Shown here piece after piece: positions 52,900 to 64,000 of a stretch of DNA of 64,000 nucleotides. Each line of letters starts with the position of its first letter. The stretch's first letter is position 1. The translations under genes were made by a program, and so were the position numbers. Source of the stretch: Eledone cirrhosa. Taxonomy: Eukaryota. The stretch is taken from assembly GCA_964016885.1 (NCBI GenBank), contig OZ024740.1, positions 422,654,001 to 422,718,000 on the forward strand. The letters run 5' to 3'. The notes beneath the pieces were generated by a model that saw only the letters and a list, made by a program, of their open reading frames with translations, was not told the origin of the DNA and searched no databases.

Positions 52900-54742
52900 T
52901 ATAAACGACTGAGAGGTGCTTATCTGTCACTCCGAGGTTCCCCCTCCCACACCCACTCCGTTTTCAGAAAAAGGAGTCGTTTCCTGATGTCATACGAATG
53001 AAATAGTTCGTCGCCTCTCGATTTACATCGGGATCATATATATATATAATATATATATATATAGTGTCTGTGGTAGGAGGAGGATCAGCAAGACTACAAA
53101 TGAAAGTAGTACTCAATGCAGATTGATATATTGAAGAGGTAGAATCCTACCTGCGAGTCCTACAGTTTCAGATTTTCTCAAGCTTCTCAAAATGATACCT
53201 CTTCAATGTGTGAGTGTGAGAGAGAGATATATTGCATGGTGTGGTCCCGTAACTCCTGATGGAGTCGTAGGGGTGCACTATTGACATACGGCGTTTCAAG
53301 GACATTTTAAACCTGGTGGAGCAGATTCCTTCCAGAGGAGATAGAAAGTAAGAGAGAGGAAGTTAGAAAGATATATAGAGGAAGAATCGACCCAGTACTT
53401 GACTGGTACTTTTTTTTATCGACCTCGAAAGGATGAAAGGTAAAATTGACCTGGGTGAGATTTGAACTCAGAGAGCAGAGAGCCAGAACAAATACAACAA
53501 ATATTCTATCCGACGGCCTTACGACTCTGCCTATATTCTATTCATTTCTAATATAAATGTTTCTTCAATAGTTTTACTACTATTTTGTACTTGTAAGTCA
53601 GTGATATGAAGAAAAGATGTATGGTTCTAGATTTAGAACTACACACCAGCCTCAGGCTACTTCTATATAAATATTATTAAATTTGAATATTAAAAAAGAA
53701 ATATAACAACCACAGACTGTCAAGCTATGTGTACTTACTACTTACTGTAAAATTTATGGGGAGAAGACATTACTTTTGTTTATCTTTTCCTTGTCAACAG
53801 TTTTCAAATCTGTTGGTTAATTTATCTTTCAGCTGTTGATTCTAGGAATATGGTAAATAAATTGTTATGATTAATGTTATTTTCTAATATTTCTTTTGGC
53901 ATAACACAATTATTTATAGATATATTATAAAATTCCTTGTTTTGGATACTTTCTTTCAGAGGTCTGTGTATTATATATTTCCTGTTTATTCTCTATTATA
54001 AAATGCCAGATTCTCTCAGGAGGTTGATATTTCCAAAGTCTTCCATCTTCTGTTTGTAATATGTTGTTAGGTGTCTTGTACAGTTTGTAAGTTTTGATTC
54101 ACATCTTGTTTAAGTATTAATGAGAACAACTATACTCATGATTAACTCCTAATAAGCAGAACATTGGATGAAATACCTTGCTGTGTTGATTCTGGCTTCC
54201 TGTATTCTGAGTTCAAATCTTGATTCTGGCTGCTATAAGTCAGCAGACCTATAATGAAAGATATTTTGTGTTCTCATCTTTCTCTATTTCTCAGAAGGAA
54301 TTGTCAAATGTCTCTTTTATTAAGACGGTATATTGTTATTAGAAGGAATTTGGCTACTATTTCTAGCAAGTCAAAAGGCTGTAAAGGCTTCCCTTGTTAA
54401 TAATTTATAGCTTATTTGGAACCACATTATATATATATATAGCAATAATAATTGTTTCTACTTTTGGCACAAGGCCAGCAATTATTCCAGTGTATTACTG
54501 GTACTTTATTTTATCGACCCTGTAAGAATAAAAGGCAAAGTTAACCTCGGCGGGATAATAATAAACGCGAAGACTAAAATCCAAAGAGGGCTCGATAAGG
54601 ATAAAATATATATCAGAAGATCCCGTTAAAGGTGAAAGCAGCGATTGTTTGCTTAAACTTTAATCTGTTATTTTAATAGGGATAACTAGAACCGTTAAGG
54701 TATATTATCCTTGGCTATGTCAAATATTTATAAAACATTTTG

Positions 54743-54803
54743 TATTTTATCTGATGATAGCGTACCAAAATTTTGGTACTCTTGAAATATATATAATAGA
54801 ATA
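54743..54803 (+). ncRNA. Type-I hammerhead ribozyme (family J)
   Basis: TATTTTAT-CTGATGA-..GTACCAAAATTTTGGTAC..-GAA-ATATATAT-A-ATAGAATA. The 3' half and tail recur at 28638-28710. Confidence 0.7.
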
Positions 54804-54845
54804 AATATGGTTTTATAAATATAGAGTCCATTTATTTAATATCAT

Positions 54846-54884
<39 letters not shown>

Positions 54885-54945
54885 GAAGTATTTCTGTAGG
54901 AAAGATAAAGGAAAAGAGTGCTCTATATAGGCTACAGAGTTTTTT

Positions 54946-55041
54946 TAGTTATGTAATAAACAACATAAGATAAATAATTTGTGTCAAGCTCTTCAAGAAA
55001 CCATTGGTAAATGAATTATCTTATGTTGTTTATTACATAAC

Positions 55042-55043
<2 letters not shown>
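54946..55043. repeat. 28-bp perfect inverted arms in a (TA)n-flanked element
   Basis: TAGTTATGTAATAAACAACATAAGATAA / TTATCTTATGTTGTTTATTACATAACTA. Confidence 0.85.
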
Positions 55044-55078
<35 letters not shown>

Positions 55079-56223
55079 ACTCCTTTCCTGCTATGTTAAG
55101 CGTAAAACTAATAATATATTTCTTCATTGTACTGTGTTGTTTGCTTTGTTGTGATGTTGTCCTTGGCTAACTCTTTCGAGTTCTTTTCCCCGTCAACCTC
55201 AAAACAAAGTTGGGGGGACTGTAGTGTTAAGGTAGCCTGCAGAACATAGCTATGTCTAATATATATTTTATATACTTTTATACTTTATATTATGGCGTGT
55301 TGTTACGTTTAGTTTTATTTTGTGCAGTACTGTTTTGTAAAGAAATTATGACCGAAGAATAGTTTGAGTTAGAGAAGTTCAACAATTCCCCCAACACGAG
55401 ATTGTAACACAATACAAGATATTTATAATTTTGTTTATACGACTTCTATTTATAATGGTGGTTTTGTATGTGTATCGTGAAATATTTAAGCGTTGAAATA
55501 TGTGTATGATTAAAAGCTTATTTCTCTAGTTACAACAATTTCCGTTGTCATTGACATCGTGAACGAACACGATCGTCATCTAGATTTCTATGAATGATAA
55601 TACGATGTTGAGATTAAACATTTGAAATCTCTATAGTGTTATAATAAAAATAGTTGAGTCAAATGTCTTTACATTTACAAACCTTCAACAATTTAATACA
55701 AAAGAGGATTTTACCCAACAAATCATATACATTTGCTGTGTAGTGTATCTGAGATGGCCTTCACTTGTCTAAAGGTTCCATACATAGTATTGGATGGTTA
55801 CACACACACTCTCTCTCTCACACACACACACACAGTCTCTCTCTCACACACACACACACACAGACTCTCTCTCACACACATAGACGTAGTGTATCTAGTA
55901 TGGCCTTGATTTGTTTAAAGGTTTCATACATAGTATTTGGTGGTTAAATACACACACACACACACTCACTCTCTGACCCCCCTCCCCTAACATAAAAGGG
56001 AAGTTTTTGACAATATCTGATATATTTCACGAGATAGCCAAGCCAGTAAACTTACTTTCATCTGATTAAACTAAATTCATTATTTAAATTTGTTTGCTCT
56101 ATAAACCTAATGTTTATCATTTACAGCGATGTAGTGTCGTGTTCTCCTCTATAAAAACTAAATTGTGACAAATAAGTTTCAACGTAAACCAACGGTTAAC
56201 TCAACTATTGTGATCATATCTGA

Positions 56224-56852
<629 letters not shown>

Positions 56853-57559
56853 CTTATGCAAACATACATATTATACCTTCTATTTGGTGCAACCCCCCTC
56901 ATGTTCCCAACAACCACTGATACCCCCCCCCCCCCCTTACTACCAGTAATTACTTAAAAGGAGTCAAATAAGTTTCATTTTGGTAAAATAGATTAGTAAC
57001 CAATCAGTATTAGTTAATGATTGGTTATTTCTCTCAATTGGTGAACACCTGTACACCTCATCATCAACATCATCACTGTCATCATCATCGTCGTCACCAC
57101 CACCACCATCGCTTAACGTCTATTTTTCCACACTAGCATGGGTTGGACAGGTTGTCATGTTATGAGACAAGTCAGGTCAGTTGACCATGTCTTGCTCATA
57201 CAGATCTGTATTTTGGTTTGGTTTCTACAACTTGATGCCCTTCCTAATAACAACCTGTTACCTTACTTATCTGACATTTCCTTTCATACTTGCTGATGGT
57301 TGCTGTCAATTTACCCTTCTACATTTTTTCATTGTTTCATTTTGTCCATCCATACCTTTGACATGTTTTAAAGTGACAGGGAGTAGTGCCAGCATCCTTT
57401 TCCATGTATCCATTGAAATCAATAAAATATGAGAGACAGTAAGAGTCTGTTTTTATCCCCCAATGGAATATACTGCAGAAAAAAAAAACACCTGCCTTTA
57501 TATTTTATCAGTTTTATTTACACTGGTACCATGTAACCCAGTACAACCTGCTTCATGGT

Positions 57560-57988
57560 TGGGTGGTTGACAACTAAACCAGCTCCCCCACCTGACTATG
57601 ATGGCACAACTGAAAAGACATCATGTGGACTGTGGTGGCAGAGCTGACAGCCATTTTGAAAAAAACATTTCAGGCATTGCTTCAAAGAGTGGCAGAATCG
57701 CTGGGCTAACAGTGTGAAGGACCTACTTTGAAAGGGATTAACAATTGAATGCTACCAAGTATACAATTCTTCTTTCCTAGTTTAAGGTCTGGCAGTATCG
57801 GTAGAGGGTCGGATGCCATGCTTTCCAGCATAGTTACGTCCCTTTACGATCTGAGTTCAAATCCCGCCGAGGTTGACTTTACCTTTCATCCTTACGGGGT
57901 CGATAAAATAAAGTACCAGTAATGCACTGGGTAATTGCTGGCCTTGTGCCTAAAGTAGAAACAATTATACTTTTATGACAGACCTCGT
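57560..57988 (+). mobile_element. Mariner transposase C-terminal relic with right TIR, interrupted by a SINE
   Basis: CFKEWQNRW..YFERD* motif; TIR-like ACTTTTATGACAGACCTCG|TA at 57969-57990. Confidence 0.6.
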
Positions 57989-58341
57989 ACACTTGACAGA
58001 TTACATTATAATTCTAAAGATATATATATAAGGGCGGTGCCCCAGCATGGCCTCAGCAGGATGGCTGGAACAGGTAAAAGAGTATAAGTGGGTGGCAGGC
58101 TTAGCATTTGTTAATTGATGAGGATCAATAATTATAAATCATTTGAAATATTGAGTTTCACAAAGTCTATAATCATTATAGATGGTAATAACAATCTGAA
58201 AATATCTGTTTTACTACAGCTTTCTTGTTATGTAAATTGATAATTACCTGAGAAATTCATAATAGACCAAACATTTGTTGCATGTTCTCTATATCTATTC
58301 ATATAAACAAATTTAAATTTAGAAAAACCATATATATATAT

Positions 58342-58373
<32 letters not shown>

Positions 58374-59882
58374 TTATAACTAATTGGTTTAAGTTAATAT
58401 AGCGTAAGTTGGATAATCATTAAAAAGAAAGCCAACATTAGTTGGCAAGAAGAAAAGGAAGTATCATTTTTTTAGCCATTTAATTAGTTTTCCTGTTATC
58501 TGCTAAGCAATTAGACTTGTTTAACAATTTAATAAAACAAATTTGGAGAAAGCATATAATCACAAAAGTGAAACTACATATTCTAATGTAGCATAGATTG
58601 AATGCAATTATTATATTTCATAGAAGAAAAAAAAAAGAAACTTTCAAGCTGTAAGTCTTTGCTTTTGAAATGAGATTGTTAATTATAATTCTACTTAATA
58701 ATACTGAAATAACATTTCCATTAACACTTTTGATACAAACCTATCTTGTTCTAACGATACAATAAACAGCCAGTTTAAAGTAATCATATCTATATTCAAA
58801 CCTTAGATCTTTTATGGGGGACCTTTTGTTAAGTTATGTTCCAGATGTTGATTTAATAATGGAGAAGACAGTTCTAGATTTTGTTTCATAATCAATTGAA
58901 ATGTGTGGACTACTGTGTATTTCATTAGCAATATGGTTTATTAAAGGAATATTTCTATTAGTTACATACTTTTACCTGTTTCTATATATTTTGTTGCCAT
59001 GCCAAAGCAATGGCAATCATAAATAATGCTTAATGATATGAAATAGTTTTTACACATGTAATATCTTGAAAAGAAATCAATAATTGTTATTTTAGCCATT
59101 CAAAAGAACAGGAATTTGCAATAGCTAATGGCATTAACTCTGGAATAGATAGGCTCAATGAGTTTGACTCATAGTGGAGTATGGCTCACATCATCATCTC
59201 CATTGTTTAACGTCCATTTTCCACACCAGCATGGGTTAGCCAGGTTGTCTCATTAGAGGTAAATCAAGTCAGGTGACTGTGTCTTGCTCATATAGAACTG
59301 TTTCTGGTTAGGTTTCTATGGCTGGGTGCCCTTCCTAATCCCAACCACATTTACTGTGTGGGCTGGCTGCTTTTTTTGTTGTGATACCAACATAACTTTA
59401 CAGTGCGAAGGTGGTGGGGGCAGAAGTGGGTGGGTGTTGGGACGCGGGAGGTATATGAAGGACGTATAGTGGTTAATAAGAGGTGCCTATGGAATAGTAC
59501 TGCCCTTGTGTACACACAAACATCTTAGACCACATCGATTTGCGAAGATCCACTCATCGACGTGCTTCAACCACTGTCTTATAGATGTGGTCATGTGTGT
59601 GTACAGTATATATTTGGACATTTAACTGTCAAACCTGTTTTGTAGAAGATTACAAAAAGCTAACAGTACTTTCAAATTCACTCAATGCTTCATAAGACAA
59701 TTATTTGTTTACAACTACTGTTTGACAGATCTAGCTTTAAATCACAGGTAAATAGTTATTTTCATGACAGGTAAATGGTTATTCTTGCTTTGTTATAATG
59801 GTACTACAACTACTTGACCAGTATAGCAGATTGGTTTGATTCCAACAGATGACTCTCTCCATTTTTTTTCCATCTCTAAGGA

Positions 59883-59913
<31 letters not shown>

Positions 59914-60118
59914 GGAAAAGAGTCAGGACCCCGACGGCAGAGCTCAAGCTGTTTCGACAGCTATTTCTGGACATAGCTGTCTGTCCAGAAATAGCCATTG
60001 AAACGGCTTGAGCTCTGCCGTCGGGGTACTGACTCTTTTCCTATTACCCACTCTACTACCCGAAGTATCGAGTACTCTGGTGCGTTATGGTCCACCTGGT
60101 TCCTTACCACACTTCCTT

Positions 60119-60177
<59 letters not shown>

Positions 60178-60706
60178 ACTCTTTAATAATCCAACTTGCA
60201 TTGTACCAGCATACTGAGGCTGTGATTCCTCCCAACTTACGCAATGTGTAGTAATATTACCTAATTTCTGCACATGATGGTTCCATTTGGAGTACCGTCA
60301 GCAGATCAGAATCATAGAAACAGGTGAATCAGTCCAGGTAACACCAATTTCCTACCCACACGAAGTTGTCTTCCTCACTGTTTAAAATTAATTAGTTGGG
60401 TTTGTATTTTAATGATACAGACTTAAATTATTGAGTGAGAAAACAACTGAAGCTATCTGTGTCCATTCTATTTGATAAACTTTGTTTTATAATTGTGTGT
60501 GTAAGTTCCTGATTCAATTTTGGAGGGAGGGTAACCACAGTTAGTAAGGTACTCAATACATTAGTAGAGTTTAAACATCATGTTTAATATAGGAATGGCT
60601 TCTACAGGACTAGAACTGTTTCATTCAAAAGAAATCATCAGAAAATCCCATGCTGATTTCTTTTGAATGAAACAGTTCTAATTCTGTAGCAGCCATTTCT
60701 ATATTT

Positions 60707-60802
<96 letters not shown>

Positions 60803-61513
60803 TAATTAAAATAACAGATTAAAGTTTAAGCAAAGAATCGCTGCTTTCACTCTATCTAAAATCCAAAGAGGGCTCGATTTATTATTATTACTATATATAC
60901 ACATAAAAAACAGGTGTTGAAAACTGAATAGTGATGTATATAAGGGCCTAGAGATTGTAGTTATCTAAAGTTGCTGACATCTGTACAATTTCTGTCCAGT
61001 CTTTCAGCAGTCTCCACTTCCTCTTTGCCTTCTTCTGTCAAGCAATTTACATGAATTGGTGAATCAATCCAATACATAGCTTGTCATGTCAGCTGAGTCA
61101 TTAGTTAAACATTTACAGTTATTGCTGCTGCAGTATTAATGCAGTTAAAATGTTGCAGGATTGCCACTGGAGTAGCATCCATAATATACCTTAGTGTAGA
61201 TGTTGTTGTTGTTGTGAGGCCTGGGGTCGAGGTAGGGGATGAGACCTGTGATCAAAGGCATTTCAGTCATAACTAATTCCATCTTTTTTTCCTTCTTTTT
61301 TTTTCAACCATATATCTACTACTTTATTATTTTAGTGTGTTTTTCAATGGAAGTATAACTTGAGGGTGATGTGGCTGCTATTTCTAGCAAGTTGATTAAC
61401 TTCCATTCACATATTCCTTCTTTTTGAAGTCATATTGTTTATGTTGTGCTTTCTCTTATACCAAATATTCTTATTAGAATACGGATAGCATTCTTAGGCT
61501 GTCCTTCAGTTCT

Positions 61514-61742
61514 GTGTGTGTAAATAGGTTTGTATGTGTGTAAATAGGTTTGTATGTGTGTAAATAGGTTTATATGTGTGTAGATAGGTTTATATGTGTG
61601 TAGATAGGTTTATTTGTGTGTAGATAGGTTTATTTGTGTGTAGATAGGTTTATTTGTGTGTAGATAGGTTTATTTGTGTGTAGATAGGTTTGTATGTGTG
61701 TAGATAGGTTTGTATGTGTGTAGATAGGTTTATATGTGTGTA
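61514..61742. repeat. 20-bp minisatellite
   Basis: TGTGTGTAGATAGGTTTATA x11. Confidence 0.95.
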
Positions 61743-62489
61743 CACGTTAACACTCATCTCTTTCATTGTGTATACACACATACAAGGTTTGGCTGAAATA
61801 TCCATATGCTGACCAAGATACTCTCATGGAATGACCAAATGAGGTTTATTTTTTTAACATTGAAGGCCTACATTGCCTTTCATTCTTTTGTGGTTGATAC
61901 AATAAACTATTATGACCTGGAGAATTATAATAGAAGTGGGGTGATAACGAAACCTTGATGGACACTGACCTATATACTGAATTCCTGACTAATCACATTG
62001 CCTGCTCTCACTTTACTGACAACTTATACATGGTTTACTCTCATTTCACATGTCATTCGTCTAAACCTAATTTTCTTAAATATCACCAGACTACAGATTG
62101 TGGGATTTTGTTAAAGGTTTTCTCTGGGTCAATAGAAACTAAATTTGGCTGAAAAGTTCAAAGGCTGACTAAGATACTCTCATGGAATGATCAAATGAGG
62201 CTTATTTTTCAACACAGTCCCTGGAAAGAAAGAAAGCAGATATTAATATAAGAAGAGTTGAAATTAATGCATGTAAGATTTCACAGCTCTAACATCACTC
62301 CTTCATAGTCAGCTAATAACCAAGATACTCTCATGGAATGATCAAATGAGGTTTATTTTTTAACATAGTTCCTGGAAAGAAACAATACAGTTATTAAGAA
62401 GTGTTGAAATTAACACATGCAAGATTGCACAGTTCTAGCATCACTCCTTCATTGTCAGCCTATGAACCTTTCTGCTTACCCTTGTATAG

Positions 62490-62690
62490 TGGCTTACATT
62501 TATCTAGCAAGGGACTTCTCTTGTAATTGTCTCACTAACAAGGTGTTGATGACCACCCTGTTAAAAATCCAAACTGTATCTCATCTATTTCTTTCGTCAG
62601 TTTGATGTCACAGTAGTTCTTTCCAGAGTCTTTGGCCTTGTAGCAATTAATGATGATATTGCTACACAAGTCATAGAGTATGACATCATT
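62490..62690 (-). mobile_element. RTE-type reverse-transcriptase relic
   Basis: CYKAKD..NYCDIKL..QFGF..VRQLQEK motifs with deletions. Confidence 0.6.
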
Positions 62691-62965
62691 ATGTATTACC
62701 TGGCTATTACCTAGTGACATCATCATGTATTACCTGGTGACATCATTATGTATTACCTGGTGACATCATCATGTATTACCTGGCTATTACCTGGTGGCAT
62801 CATTATGTATTATCTGGTGACATCATCATGTATTACCTGGTGACATCATTATGTATTACCTGGTGACATCATTGTATTACCTGGCTATTACCTGGTGACA
62901 TTATGTATTACCTGGTGACATCATGTATTACCTAGCTATAACCTGGTGACATCATGTATTACCTG
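62680..62965. repeat. ~23-33 bp minisatellite
   Basis: TGACATCATTATGTATTACCTGG repeats. Confidence 0.9.
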
Positions 62966-63289
62966 ATTATTTCTTGGTTGACTGTCAGTGATTTGTTTCT
63001 AGTCCACTGGATATTTTCAGCAATTTGGTGGACAATTTCTGAACTCGGAAAAATAATGCAAGTCATTTTGTTCTATACTCTAAAGACTCTGTCAATACCA
63101 ATTCTGTTGAGAAAAAGGGACTAATCATTAAAGGTGTTGGTAGTTCTATGCAGGATGTCTGTAGGTTTAATGGGGAAGTACAGGGTGTATATATTTCATT
63201 GAAAACACCTACAGTAGTAGTATAAATAAGGCAAACTTAGAAAAGACTATTTAGTTATAGTAAGATGAGATGAGTTGAGATGATGACAT

Positions 63290-63600
63290 ATCACTGCATC
63301 ACAGGATGTCAATGTGACACTGGATCAGGATGTCAATGATCACTGCATCACAGGATGTCGACTTGATCACTGTATCAGGATGTCGACTTGATCACTGTAT
63401 CAGGATGTCGACTTGATCACTGTATCAGGATGTCGACTTGATCACTGTATCAGGATGTCGACTTGATCACTGTATCAGGATGTCGACTTGATCACTGTAT
63501 CAGGATGTCGACTTGATCACTGTATCAGGATGTCGACTTGATCACTGTATCAGGATGTCGACTTGATCACTGTATCAGGATGTTAACATGACACTGGATC
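63290..63600. repeat. 25-bp minisatellite
   Basis: ATCACTGTATCAGGATGTCGACTTG; perfect central copies with degenerate edges. Confidence 0.95.
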
Positions 63601-64000
63601 TCTGGATCACAATGTATGGAAATTTATTGCCACTCATCTCAGATGTGAAGTGTATGTTGTTGCTGTTGAGTGTCAGTGTTTTATTCCTGTAATAATATAA
63701 TTGTTTCTACGTTAGGCACAAGGCCAGCAATTGTCCAGTGCATTACTGGTACTTTATTTTATCGACCCGGTAAGGATAAAAGGCAAAGTCAACCTCGGCG
63801 GCATTTGAACTCAGATCGTAAATGGACGTAACTATGCTGGAAAGCATGGCGTCCAACCCTCTACCGATACTGCCAATCCACCGCCTATTCCTGTAATAAT
63901 ATAAGGTTTCTAAATTATTGATTAAACATTCATGTCAGATTGTAATGGTTTCAAAAGTTCCATCTTTATAAATCAAGACAAGCTGCTGTAGTTCAAAGTC

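Overview
AT-rich, repeat-saturated eukaryotic DNA with no recognisable host protein-coding exon. The SINE repertoire and (TA)n/(CA)n density suggest an octopod cephalopod intron or intergenic region (inference). Nearly all long ORFs in the track are microsatellite artefacts. Recognisable content: two tRNA-derived SINE families in many copies, RTE-type LINE 3' fragments, an R4/Dong-type endonuclease fragment, a deleted Merlin transposon, Helitrons, Tc1/mariner/pogo MITEs, a probable LTR and several minisatellites. The notable signal is a dense set of minimal type-I hammerhead ribozymes (HHRs) from about 8 unrelated short element families. These resemble Penelope-like pseudo-LTRs, mostly abut (TA)n and are often folded back as inverted repeats. 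The best case is a tandem-plus-inverted array of a 660-bp HHR-bearing unit at 31.3-33.1 kb that looks like a retrozyme (circular-RNA precursor). Folds were derived by eye, and boundaries of degraded repeats are approximate.
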